Shown in pieces: positions 18,059 to 27,723 of a stretch of 64,000 bases of DNA. The notes below the pieces were generated by a model. The model worked only from the letters and a program-made list of their open reading frames with translations. It was not told where the DNA came from and did not search any database. This DNA comes from a virus, in the IMG/VR virus record IMGVR_UViG_3300034025_000120, positions 1-64,000 of that record, one strand, 5' to 3'. Both the position numbers and the translations under genes were made by a program. Positions within the stretch are counted from its first letter, which is position 1; the number at the start of each line of letters is the position of its first letter.

Positions 18059-20017
18059 ATGATCAAAGACGAAAACACCCAATCGACCGCGATGGGCCAA
18101 GCACTGAGCAATGCCGGCGCCACCGGTAAAGCAGCAGGTCAAGCACAGCCGGACAACAGCCACGCCGCTTCCGCCGGCTTCAACCCGACCGCTACCCCTA
18201 GCGGCAAGCCGATGGGCTTCTCGTCGCTGGGCTTCGGCATCGATGCACCGATTCCGCTGAACAACACCGGCGAAGTGCTGACCAGCTTTCAGCGCGCGAT
18301 CCAGACCCTGCTCGACAGCTACAAGCAAGACACGAGCCCGGTCGTCACCACCCTGATCCCAGTCGAACGCAACGACGGCGTGACTAACCTGCCGGTGTCC
18401 TACCTGATCGTCTGCACGCAGCTGCGCAGCAACAAGGAAGCCGGCGTCGGCTACCAAGCACTGATCATCGAAGGCTCGATCGACCAAATCCTGACCACCG
18501 AAGAATACGTGCCTGGCGCCCCTGGCGGCAAAGTCACCGTCGAACGCACCGCGGCCGATGCCGATGTCCCGAAAGTCCGCGAAACCGTCAACAACCTCGT
18601 CAAGGCGCGTTTCCAGACCGAAAAGGTCTTCCCGGCGATCGCCATGGTCGTGCCGAAGAACTTCACCGAAAACCTGACCGATCCGCAGCGCGTCAAGAAC
18701 CTGACCGCCCGCGTCACCTACGCCGCATCGCTGGCCCTGCACATCGGCGCCGGCCTGGTCAAGCCGCTGAACCTGAAAGAATTCATCGGCGGCGGCGATG
18801 CTCTGCAAGCCAAACTGAGCTTCGATTCGCGTTCGGTCCAGAATGTCTTCAACATGCCAGTCGCCTCGCATGCCAAGATCGACCTGCTGTCGGAACCGGT
18901 CGCCAAGTCGGAAGTCCCTGGCTTCGGCTCGGGCGGTAGCACCAAGCTCGCGACCATCTCGGCCGTGCTCGACGTGATCTACCAACCGAAGACGCCGTCG
19001 ACGTCGGTGGCCGGACTGCCGATGTTCGGTACGCCAACGGCGGACATGTACAAGAAGTTCATCCCGCGTGTCGTGCTGACCATGCTGCAAGCTGATCGCC
19101 TGATGACTCTGGGCGGCCAGATGCTGGCCCTGGCAGCAGCCGTGTCGATCCGTGAACGTGGTCTGTGGATGGGTATGGCCCTGCCGCAGCGCGATGTTCC
19201 TGCGAACGAAATCGATCTGCGCGACTTCGGCGTGCTGAACCGGGAAGTGAACTTCGGCGGCGATCCAAGTCAGCCGGGTGCACCGCTCGACATCAAGGCC
19301 GACTCGTTCACCAACGGTCACCTGATGACCTACCTGAAAACCATCTTCCACGATGGCAATCCGGTGTTCGCGGTCGACGTCTCGCTGCGCGGTCCTGACA
19401 CGTCCTACAACGGCGCCCTGGCAGCCGCAGATGATGGTGATCCGGGCGCTGAAAAGGCAGTCTTGAACGCGCTCAACATCATGACCAATGGCGAATTCGC
19501 TCGTCGCTGGGTCGAAGGTACGCCGGTGACTCTGCGCAAAGGTGAAAACATCCACCTCGGCCACTACACCAAGCCCAACGGCGAAGTCGTCGATCTGCGT
19601 ACGCTCGACAACTACATCGCGGTCCAGAACCTGGCCGGCGGCTCGGCACCTGATCTGGTGCGTGATTACTCGGACACCTACCTGAAGACTTCCTACCCGG
19701 AAGCCCAACGGATGGCGGCCCGTCTCGTGATCCTGCGCAAGCTGGCACCGAACCTGGTCATCACCGGCACCGCGCGCCGTGTTTCGTTCCACGGCAAGAC
19801 CATCGATACGCTGGTCGAAGCGATGGCAGCAATCCAGGCATCGATCCCGGTCACCGGCAACACCTACGTCGATACCGGTACGGCAGATCGCGCAGTCGGC
19901 GACTTCCTGTCCGGCCTGACCAGCGCCGATTCGTCGACCGTGTACAGCCGCCAGTTCGCCGGTGCTGCTGCTTCGGGCGCTGTCGGTGGCAACCAGTACG
20001 CTGGCGCCTGGCAATAA
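18059..20017 (+). CDS. candidate phage-nucleus shell protein (chimallin-like), assigned by synteny, size and expression bias
   Basis: 652 aa with extreme GC3 bias (casts a 668-aa antisense shadow ORF). Both termini are Gly/Ala/Ser-rich. It lies directly upstream of the RNAP beta-prime-N gene and is followed by a strong terminator. Confidence 0.5.
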   Translation: MIKDENTQSTAMGQALSNAGATGKAAGQAQPDNSHAASAGFNPTATPSGKPMGFSSLGFGIDAPIPLNNTGEVLTSFQRAIQTLLDSYKQDTSPVVTTLIPVERNDGVTNLPVSYLIVCTQLRSNKEAGVGYQALIIEGSIDQILTTEEYVPGAPGGKVTVERTAADADVPKVRETVNNLVKARFQTEKVFPAIAMVVPKNFTENLTDPQRVKNLTARVTYAASLALHIGAGLVKPLNLKEFIGGGDALQAKLSFDSRSVQNVFNMPVASHAKIDLLSEPVAKSEVPGFGSGGSTKLATISAVLDVIYQPKTPSTSVAGLPMFGTPTADMYKKFIPRVVLTMLQADRLMTLGGQMLALAAAVSIRERGLWMGMALPQRDVPANEIDLRDFGVLNREVNFGGDPSQPGAPLDIKADSFTNGHLMTYLKTIFHDGNPVFAVDVSLRGPDTSYNGALAAADDGDPGAEKAVLNALNIMTNGEFARRWVEGTPVTLRKGENIHLGHYTKPNGEVVDLRTLDNYIAVQNLAGGSAPDLVRDYSDTYLKTSYPEAQRMAARLVILRKLAPNLVITGTARRVSFHGKTIDTLVEAMAAIQASIPVTGNTYVDTGTADRAVGDFLSGLTSADSSTVYSRQFAGAAASGAVGGNQYAGAWQ

Positions 20018-20050
20018 GCCTGCGACCGCAAGGTCGGTAGTAATCTAAGT

Positions 20051-20080
20051 AAGGGACCCTTCGGGGTCTCTTATTTTTTT
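20051..20080 (+). terminator. rho-independent terminator
   Basis: AAGGGACCC-TTCG-GGGTCTCTT stem-loop followed by ATTTTTTT. Confidence 0.75.
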
Positions 20081-20111
20081 CTAGTTTTTGTATAACTGAC
20101 AGGAGACTACT

Positions 20112-21407
20112 TTGGGCGTTGGCGTTGAGCTTGAAGACTTCGATAACTTGTTTCGACTTCACAACCGCAGGACCAAGGTCATCTTGAATGATTTGCGGAA
20201 TGCAACCGAAGAAGACCGCAAGAATATCGAGAAGCTTTTGTGCACCCGGTACGACTCCACTGACTTTCTTTCTAATATTCCGTCGTGCGGCTGTGGTGAA
20301 ACCACGGGTGCATATGCGGAAGGGTTGGTGGGCTTCTTGTGCCCCAAGTGCGGGACACACGTAACAAACCAGTTGGAACAGGACTTGGAACCCTTGGTCT
20401 GGATGCGCGCACCAATGGGTGTCGTGGCCTTGCCGAATCCGAATTTCTGGAGCATGCTCTTGGAGCGCTTCAAGTTAAAAGGATTCTGCGTGATCCAGTA
20501 CCTGTGCGACCGGACCTACAAAGCATCGGTGAAGTTCCCACAAGAGCTGCCCCAGATCGATGCACTGGTGCGAACCATCATGAAAGAGCGCGGGTACAAC
20601 AACTTTGTCAATAATTTCGATGCGATGATGCGCGGAATGTTGGCATTGAAAGTGTTCCGTAAAGGCACCAAGAAGCGGGAAGAATTTGATGCATTCCCGA
20701 TCCTGATCCAAGAATCGCGCAAAGCATTGTTTGCGCAACATCTTCCAGTCCCGAACCGCGCCTTGTTTGTGCTTGAAAACACGAACCTCGGTGAGTACGG
20801 CGACATGACGATGAATGGACTCATCAATGCCGTGAACATGATGACCAACATCGATTCTGACTTGAGCGGTTTGAAACCGGCCAAGAAAGAAATCCTGACG
20901 GTCAAGATGCTCAACAGCCTGTGCACTTTCTATGACGATATCTACCGGGATCGGTTGTCGCCGAAGGAAGGTTGGTTCAGGAAGCACGTGTTTGGTAGTC
21001 GTTCGCACTTCAGTTTCCGTGGCGTGATTGCTTCGTTGACGGGTCGGCACGATTACGACGAGATTCATGTCTCGTGGGGGATTGGGGTATCGGTGCTGTC
21101 CTTGCACCTGACCAACAAACTCCTGAAGATGGGATGGAACAATTACGAGATCAACAATCTCTTGTACGAGTATGCCCAGAAATGGCATCCCGTGCTCGAC
21201 CAGTTGTTTAAGGAACTGATTGCAGAAAGCCCGTACAAGGGTATCCCTGTGATCTTCCAGCGTAATCCATCACTGGAACGTGGTTCGGCGCAAGCCATGT
21301 TCATTACGCAAGTGAAGGGGTCAGCAGTACGACCGCAAGATGCAGAAATCCCCACTGTGTCGATGTCGATCCTTAGCGTTACGGGTTTTAATGCCGATTT
21401 CGATGGT
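20112..21407 (+). CDS. multisubunit RNAP beta-prime N-terminal subunit, exon 1
   Basis: TTG start after AGGAG. Zn-ribbon CGCGETTG...CPKCGTH is present. The exon ends at the catalytic motif FNADFDG, after which the frame degenerates. Confidence 0.8.
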
Positions 21408-22807
21408 AAAGTAACAACATTGCCATCGCTAAACTTCTTTAACTGTCTGGAACACCCTGAGAGTCTTGTCAACCACAACGCGGTGCGAAAGCACGATCGT
21501 GACGGTTTGAAAATGACAAGGATTGGGAAACCAGCAGCCAAGCCTCTGTTAAATGAGGAAGGTTCAACGACTATCGAAACCACCCGCAAGGGACAAGGGA
21601 GTAGAGTAGGGTACCAAGCGGACCCGAAACGGGAAGCACTCTTAACAGAGTGAAGATATAGTCTCAACCGGTATGAGAGTATCGGAAGTCATTGTCTGGA
21701 CCACAATGACGGCTAGGGTAGCGCCTAGTAGCTTCTACTAACTTAAAGGAGAGTAATGAATAGAAAACACATTCCAGGAACCACTGGCTTTCAAGCCGAC
21801 AGAGATGGCAACATCTACGATGCATTTGGTAGGAAACGCAATACCTACTTAAATGGGGACGGATACGTTACTGCATCGGTTTATACTAACGACGGTCGTT
21901 GGGTAACTTTCGGTGTACATCGGCTGGTGGCATTAGCGTGGTTGGGCGATAAGCGCGGTCCTGGGTGTGATGAAGTCAATCACCGGGATGGTGATATCAA
22001 GAATAACCGAGTTGAGAATTTAGAATGGGTAACATCCAGTCAGAATAACATCCATTCCGAAATCATGAGACGCTGCAACATTTACCCCACGCTCATGGTG
22101 GAATCAAATGGTGTTGTTAGATTGGCCAACGATGCTTGGGAAGCGCAAAGTTTCACAGGTGTCAGTGCACTAGACATTTGGGACGCCATTAAGGATGGAA
22201 CGGTGGTGCAGGGATTTAAGTTCACGCATTTTCCATACCGGACGAATATCCCAGCGCAGTTACATAAGCCCAAATTAGGTCAGCGCGATGTAAATGGCAG
22301 AATGATCGAACGGGCTATCAAGACGTTGGATATTGATACCGGTGAGATCGAAGTGTTCACTTCGTTTGCTAAAGCGGCTGCTAGATACAATACCACTGCT
22401 AGTCAATTGCATCTTGCCATTCCGCGACGTGGCGAAGTGCGGGTGTTTAGAAAGAAATACCAAGTCGAGTACATGGATCAAGATTTTCCAGAGATGACTC
22501 TGGAAGAACTGGCTCGTGCAAAGAATCGCGGACCACGGTCTGTACTGGCGTATAACACCGTCACAAAGAAGTATTCGATTTACGAGAGCGCCAAAAGTTT
22601 CATTGCTGCAAATGAATTAAGTAAGAAAGCAGTAACCACCTCCCTTGTGAAAGGGAAGTTGCGGCAGGTCGGCGACTGGGTGGCCGTGTATGTAAATACA
22701 GAAAACACAGAAAAGCTCAAAGAGTATGTGAAAGGTCCAGCGGACACGCACTCTTCCTGACAACAGTAGAAGCGATAAAAGCACAGCAATGTGTACAATG
22801 AAATTTG
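21408..22807 (+). mobile_element. group I intron carrying an HNH homing endonuclease ORF
   Basis: The 5' exon ends in U. The exon end GAUGGU can pair with intron GCCAUC (21422-21427) to form P1 with a U.G wobble at the splice site. The conserved core element AAGATATAGTC is at 21653-21663. The last intron nucleotide is G (22807). Joining the exons restores NADFDG-D. Confidence 0.8.
21756..22760 (+). CDS. HNH homing endonuclease (NUMOD4-like N-terminus, HNH, C-terminal HTH repeats), intron-encoded
   Basis: Motifs are HIPGTTGFQADRDGNIY and HRLVALAW...VNHRDGDIKNNRVENLEWVTSSQNNIH. GGAGAG RBS. It is more AT-rich than the flanking DNA. Confidence 0.85.
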   Translation: MNRKHIPGTTGFQADRDGNIYDAFGRKRNTYLNGDGYVTASVYTNDGRWVTFGVHRLVALAWLGDKRGPGCDEVNHRDGDIKNNRVENLEWVTSSQNNIHSEIMRRCNIYPTLMVESNGVVRLANDAWEAQSFTGVSALDIWDAIKDGTVVQGFKFTHFPYRTNIPAQLHKPKLGQRDVNGRMIERAIKTLDIDTGEIEVFTSFAKAAARYNTTASQLHLAIPRRGEVRVFRKKYQVEYMDQDFPEMTLEELARAKNRGPRSVLAYNTVTKKYSIYESAKSFIAANELSKKAVTTSLVKGKLRQVGDWVAVYVNTENTEKLKEYVKGPADTHSS

Positions 22808-23035
22808 GATCAGCAAAACGGCACGCTGTCGATTGACCACATGACGACCGAGCAATTGGGCCGTCTCGCACCACACATGAGCGCCTGCGGTTTAGATGGC
22901 GTCCGGACGCTTTCACGTAACCTGTCCATTCCGAAGACAGTGATCGCGACCATGGCCAACTGGCTGCATTGGGAAGAAGAACCATTGACGGAGGAACAAC
23001 ATCGCAAGATGGCGTTGATTCCGACTCTGGATTAA
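22808..23035 (+). CDS. RNAP beta-prime N-terminal subunit, exon 2
   Basis: Begins GAT CAG (D-Q), which completes NADFDGDQ (compare E. coli NADFDGDQM). 75 codons to the stop. Confidence 0.75.
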   Translation, partial: DQQNGTLSIDHMTTEQLGRLAPHMSACGLDGVRTLSRNLSIPKTVIATMANWLHWEEEPLTEEQHRKMALIPTLD

Positions 23036-23051
23036 GAAAGAGAGGAAAGCT

Positions 23052-23696
23052 ATGATGCAATCAGGTATGATGAGTCCAGGCATACTGGATGAGTTCAGTG
23101 TCATGGCCTATGCGCAAAAGAATGTCAATACGGTGCAGTTTCTGCAAAACCGGTTTCAAGATACGTTCGCAAATGCCAGTAACATCTTAACCGATGCGGG
23201 CAGAACGTTCTTTGAAACCAGCCGTAAAGCGTTCGAATACGTTACTGGTGCTGAAGCTGTACGCTTCAGTAATGGTGTGTTGCGCAAGGTCAAGAACATG
23301 TTTCAGCGCAATGAGTTCCGGGAATTGGATACCGTGGCAGAGGTACAACAGTCGCCCCAGGTCATGCATCGCTGGCTGATGGCGCAAGAGAATCTGCGAA
23401 CACTGTATCTGGACCAACGATGCTGTGGGTTTGAAGGGACCTACCAGAATCTGGACGGAAACGATGTGGGCCGTGAACACCGTGACTGGCGGTTGCTGAA
23501 CGACGGTCTGGTCCGTGATGACGCAGAACACGGCTGGGTACAGTCGTACTTCTGCGATGCACGGGAAGAACGCCCAGCGGTCGACTATGTCAATGCTGAC
23601 ATGAAGTTTACGGTCAGTTCGGCGTGGGATTTGATTGCCGGTGCCATTGAAGTGGGTGACGATGACCCAAGTTCGCCATTTGGCGACAAGCTGTAA
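23052..23696 (+). CDS. hypothetical protein
   Basis: 214-aa ORF with AGAGGAAAG RBS. Confidence 0.6.
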   Translation: MMQSGMMSPGILDEFSVMAYAQKNVNTVQFLQNRFQDTFANASNILTDAGRTFFETSRKAFEYVTGAEAVRFSNGVLRKVKNMFQRNEFRELDTVAEVQQSPQVMHRWLMAQENLRTLYLDQRCCGFEGTYQNLDGNDVGREHRDWRLLNDGLVRDDAEHGWVQSYFCDAREERPAVDYVNADMKFTVSSAWDLIAGAIEVGDDDPSSPFGDKL

Positions 23697-23709
23697 GGAA
23701 GCCCCCATA

Positions 23710-23754
23710 AGAAGCTCTATCCGCCGTCACTGGTAGATAGAGCTTCTTTTTTTT
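23710..23754 (+). terminator. rho-independent terminator
   Basis: AGAAGCTCTATC / GATAGAGCTTCT 12-bp stem followed by T8. Confidence 0.75.
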
Positions 23755-23808
23755 CGTCGATTCTATGTGCCGATACCGTTTCCTTCTTTTTCCTTACAGG
23801 ACTTCCCC

Positions 23809-24219
23809 ATGCCACAAAATGATGTTGCCACCCTGTCACTGGCCGGTTATGTCAAGACGCCGGCTGAAAAAGCCGACACCTTGATGGCCCACGCCCAAGC
23901 GTCCGACAAAAGCCAAACGGCCTTGTACGGAAACGCTGTGATCAGTCTCGCGTGGTTGTTTGAACAATACAGTGCTGACCTTGGTAAACTCTGCGAAGAA
24001 ATCAAGAACGGGTACTTGGGTTTGTTTAGCCGCTACTTTGATAATGTCGATGTCGATGCTACCCTCGACGCCAGTACCAACGAAAACCGTCTGACGCTGC
24101 GTTTGTACATCTCCTTCATGCAAGATGGCAAATCGTACACAGTCGGCCACTTGCTGTATGGCTTGAATGGCAAATACGATAAAATGGTCAAGCTGAAAGC
24201 CTACGGCGCGACCTCTTAA
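23809..24219 (+). CDS. hypothetical protein (start uncertain)
   Basis: ORF 23767-24219. The first ATG is at 23809 and the RBS is weak. Confidence 0.5.
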   Translation: MPQNDVATLSLAGYVKTPAEKADTLMAHAQASDKSQTALYGNAVISLAWLFEQYSADLGKLCEEIKNGYLGLFSRYFDNVDVDATLDASTNENRLTLRLYISFMQDGKSYTVGHLLYGLNGKYDKMVKLKAYGATS

Positions 24220-24239
24220 ATCACAAGAAAGGAACACCA

Positions 24240-24842
24240 ATGCAAGACCCTACCAAAGGTCCCATCAATTACGCCGCCATCACACGCGATGAGTTGATTG
24301 CGGAGCGTTCGCAACAGATTCAAACGATCTCGCAAAGCTTGACCACGTCCCCGCCGCGCGAAGAAGCGCCGCGCCGTATTCAAGAAACCATCTTCAAGGA
24401 AGTGTTCTTGCCGCTCTTCATGGGCAAACCCAACGAACGCTATCCGGAAATCCAAGCGGCCAACTGGATCACGGTTGCTGGTTCTCCGCACGCCGAAGTC
24501 GAGGTCGTGGATCACACGAATACCATCGTGTTCGTGGTGCCACCACTGATCGAAAGTGAGCAGGTAGCACCGATCACCGGGAAGCTCGATGTCGACATGA
24601 GCTTCGTCACCGGGCAAGCCAGACTGTACGGCAACAGTCTGCCACAAGTGGCGGAAAACTACTTGATGGAAGAATTAACTAAGCGGACTTCATATATGAA
24701 GAGCAATGCCGATGTGTCCGCAACCATGACCGCGTGGAAGAAAATCTTCGCCTACTACGGTCTTTTAAAAGCAGCGGATGTCGCGGCCACCCCAAACAAC
24801 AAACCGCCGATCGACCTCGACTATGAAGATGTCCCGCCCTGA
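24240..24842 (+). CDS. hypothetical protein
   Basis: 200-aa ORF with AAGAAAGGAAC RBS. Confidence 0.6.
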   Translation: MQDPTKGPINYAAITRDELIAERSQQIQTISQSLTTSPPREEAPRRIQETIFKEVFLPLFMGKPNERYPEIQAANWITVAGSPHAEVEVVDHTNTIVFVVPPLIESEQVAPITGKLDVDMSFVTGQARLYGNSLPQVAENYLMEELTKRTSYMKSNADVSATMTAWKKIFAYYGLLKAADVAATPNNKPPIDLDYEDVPP

Positions 24843-25950
24843 ACTGAACATCCTAAACATAGGCGATATCCATTTCCTCCATCGCCTTGTTTCCGCATCG
24901 TCCATCATCGATAACCTGGACACGGTCTTGAATGATCCCGTTGAGACCGCCAAGATTGACATGATTTGTTTTACCGGAGACGTCTTCGATTCCCGAGGAA
25001 GTCTCGATGACCCCGCTGTTCCCCGCATTCAAGAGTGGATGGCCCGTGTGCTGAAGAAAGCCAAACAGCACGATATCCTGGTGCGCGTACTGAAAGGTAC
25101 GCCTTACCATGATTGGGAGCAATCACAACTGTGGGAGAACATCAACGCAATTGCCGACATTGGCGCTGACCTCAAATACGTGAAAACCGTCTCCATCGAG
25201 TACATAGAGCGCTATGGGATAACCATGCTCTATGTACCCGATGAGGCCAATCCGTCCACCGAAAAAACCCTCAGCCAAGTCCGCGAATTACTGCGTGCCA
25301 AGGGGCTAGATCAAGTTGATTTCGCCATGATGCACGGTCAATTCGATTACCAGTTAGATGTCCAATTGGACAAGTTTAAAACCCACGATTCTGACGCATA
25401 TCTCGCGTTGGTGCGTGAGCTTATCATGGTGGGTCATGTGCACACGTATAGCCGCCATGACCGGATTATCGCACCCGGTTCGTTTGACCGTTTAGCCCAA
25501 GGCCAAGAAGAAGCCAAGGGCCATGTGCGTATCTGTGCCCGTCAAAATGGCGAGTACGATGTGGAGTTCCGTGAGAACAAGGGTGCCAAACGCTTTGTCA
25601 CGGTGCCTTGTAAGGGACTGGACTTGGCTGACACCAATGCCCAGATTGACAAGTATGTAAAAGACTTGCCGATCGATTCTTACGTGCGGGTGGAAGCAGA
25701 TGTGGGCAACCCCATCTTACTTAACATGCAACAAGTAATGCTCCGGCATCCTGCATTTAACTGGTCGAAGATTGCAAGAAAAGAAAAGAAATCACAAGAG
25801 GCCGCCACGGACAAGGTAAAAGAAGCATACCAACACGTGGCATTAACGAAAGATAACCTTGGCGGTATGCTGTTAGCCCGTGTCGCTGGTGTCACACCAG
25901 CCCCTGCGGTACTAGAAGCTGCGCGCCGTTTAATTGGGGAGGTATTATAG
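24823..25950 (+). CDS. Mre11/SbcD-like metallophosphoesterase nuclease
   Basis: Calcineurin-like motifs appear in order: NIGDIHF, FTGDVFDS, MMHGQ, MVGHVHT. The start overlaps the upstream gene end. Confidence 0.75.
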   Translation: MKMSRPELNILNIGDIHFLHRLVSASSIIDNLDTVLNDPVETAKIDMICFTGDVFDSRGSLDDPAVPRIQEWMARVLKKAKQHDILVRVLKGTPYHDWEQSQLWENINAIADIGADLKYVKTVSIEYIERYGITMLYVPDEANPSTEKTLSQVRELLRAKGLDQVDFAMMHGQFDYQLDVQLDKFKTHDSDAYLALVRELIMVGHVHTYSRHDRIIAPGSFDRLAQGQEEAKGHVRICARQNGEYDVEFRENKGAKRFVTVPCKGLDLADTNAQIDKYVKDLPIDSYVRVEADVGNPILLNMQQVMLRHPAFNWSKIARKEKKSQEAATDKVKEAYQHVALTKDNLGGMLLARVAGVTPAPAVLEAARRLIGEVL

Positions 25951-26790
25951 ATGTCTCTCGCAGATTACCCTGGCCGCACGACGGGCCAGTTTCCGATCTC
26001 GGTGGCCACCTCGCTGGCCATTGAAGCCGCCCTCGGGATTTACCCGGAACGCCCTGAAGACCCCGCGCCGATTCTGCAATACGAAGAATTCTGGATTAAC
26101 CTGCGGACCTTGTTCCGTAACCTGCACGGTTCGTTCGACAAAGGCGTGGCGGAAACGGTGAGTATTGCTACTTACGCTGAAGCCATCAACGACGAGATGA
26201 CGCAGATTCACGAGATCATCACCGGCAAGACGAATGGCTTGACAAAGGTGATCTACTATATCAGTGATTACACCGATATCGACAAGAAGTATCCGTACGC
26301 AGTGACCCGGCGGGATAACACTACTCGTCAGAAGCTGTTTACATCCATGTTGAAAGATACCATGGATAAGTTGTTGAAGATGCACCCCGAAGGTAATATC
26401 CGGAAGGTGCGGTTAAAGCTCAAGCCTGAGCATAAAACCAAAGCAATGATCTTGACCCATATTGCGTTTGATTTAGTCTCGTATCTGGACTTCAAGGAAC
26501 TGACCTTGCTGGAAAGTCATACAGGGGCCATCAAGTCACGTAGTTCTTGGTTTTCGAAGTACTACGAAGGCAAGACCCTCTCGATGATTCCTTTCCGGGA
26601 AGACTTCTTGCAAGTGTTTGGTGACAACGAATTCTTCCGTCCCGCTGATAAAAAGCTGCGCCAAGAAATCGTTGATCTCGCTGTGAAGTATCGCTGGTCG
26701 GCAGTAACGACCGATGAAAAAATCAATTACGGCATTCAGCAAATCAAGAATCCATATGCTCTCGAAGTTCTGAGAAGCATGCTGGTGTAG
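25951..26790 (+). CDS. hypothetical protein
   Basis: 279-aa ORF with GGGGAGG RBS. The ATG abuts the upstream stop. Confidence 0.6.
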   Translation: MSLADYPGRTTGQFPISVATSLAIEAALGIYPERPEDPAPILQYEEFWINLRTLFRNLHGSFDKGVAETVSIATYAEAINDEMTQIHEIITGKTNGLTKVIYYISDYTDIDKKYPYAVTRRDNTTRQKLFTSMLKDTMDKLLKMHPEGNIRKVRLKLKPEHKTKAMILTHIAFDLVSYLDFKELTLLESHTGAIKSRSSWFSKYYEGKTLSMIPFREDFLQVFGDNEFFRPADKKLRQEIVDLAVKYRWSAVTTDEKINYGIQQIKNPYALEVLRSMLV

Positions 26791-26885
26791 GGCCATTTCC
26801 GGCGTAGGGTTAAAATTTACGTATCCGTAGCATCATGTAGATAAGCTACTACGCCACAACCACAACAAAATAGAAGGAGGGCCAC

Positions 26886-27710
26886 ATGGCCGATTTCCAA
26901 CAAAATAACCGCCCCAAAGTGCCGAAGACGCTTTTGGACGATCCATTCCTCGCCCTGAGCGCACCGTGTCCGACGGCAGCTGGCGAAGCACAGAACCGCA
27001 AGTCGAAGCTGTTCGTGATGCTGAAAAAGAATGGCCCGCAAAGCCTGCGCAACCCGCACATGGTCGTCAAGACCGGTTGCCCAACCGAACAAGACCAGTC
27101 CACCGATTACGGCAAGATCATCGCGCCGTTCGACTTCGGTACCTGGGGTACGGCGATGGAACTGATCAGCGAAGCGGTCGACTGGGAACCGGGCAAGCGC
27201 ATGTCGATCATCAGCAAGAACACGGTGTTCGTGGCCGGCAAGCGCTCGAACGAGCCCCTGCCACAAGCCACCGTCATCGTGGGCAAAGACAAAGACGGCA
27301 TCATCTGCCTCAGCATCAAGCACTTCAAAGAAGGCCGTCCCGTCATCGTCTTCAAGATGCTGCCGCCGGCAGGCTTCTTCGACTTCAAGAACGCGGACGG
27401 CACGCCAGTCTCCGACGCAGTCATCTCGAAGTGGTACGCGAAAGCCTACGTCAAGCGCATGCAGGCCGTGGTCAGCCAGCTGATGGTCGACACCTACGAA
27501 GAGCCTGCGCCGTACGATCCGAACAACCGCGGTGGCAACAACGGCGGTGGCGGCGGCAACAATAACAACAACCGCGGTGGTGGTGGTGGTGGCGGTGGTG
27601 GTAACAATAACTTCCGCGGCAATAGCGGCGGCGGTGGTGGCAGTGGCGGTAACAGCGGTGGTGGCGGGAACGACAGTTGGGGTGGCGGCGACGACGACAT
27701 TCCGTTCTAA
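26886..27710 (+). CDS. SSB-like protein: divergent N-terminal domain, Gly/Asn-rich linker, C-terminal DDDIPF tip
   Basis: AGAAGGAGGG RBS and GC3-rich codon use. The C-terminus reads ...GGGGNDSWGGGDDDIPF, identical in its last six residues to the E. coli SSB tip. Confidence 0.7.
   Translation: MADFQQNNRPKVPKTLLDDPFLALSAPCPTAAGEAQNRKSKLFVMLKKNGPQSLRNPHMVVKTGCPTEQDQSTDYGKIIAPFDFGTWGTAMELISEAVDWEPGKRMSIISKNTVFVAGKRSNEPLPQATVIVGKDKDGIICLSIKHFKEGRPVIVFKMLPPAGFFDFKNADGTPVSDAVISKWYAKAYVKRMQAVVSQLMVDTYEEPAPYDPNNRGGNNGGGGGNNNNNRGGGGGGGGGNNNFRGNSGGGGGSGGNSGGGGNDSWGGGDDDIPF
27523..27690 (+). repeat. coding low-complexity (GGN)n/(AAY)n tract
   Basis: Runs such as GGTGGTGGTGGTGGCGGTGGTGGT encode the SSB linker. 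The tract generates several spurious overlapping ORFs on both strands. Confidence 0.8.
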
Positions 27711-27723
27711 GTAAGTGGTCAGC

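Noticed and set aside
18008-20014. 668-aa minus-strand ORF antisense to the chimallin candidate. Similar long antisense ORFs occur at 6871-8100, 26817-27725, 30942-32285, 35333-36328, 36927-37928, 54767-56338, 56756-57904, 44958-45857 and 46160-46879.
   Set aside because: These are shadow ORFs produced by strong GC3 bias in the real gene on the other strand. Their translations are Arg/Gly/Val/Asp-rich low-information sequence, they lack an RBS, and they overlap almost entirely with motif-supported genes.
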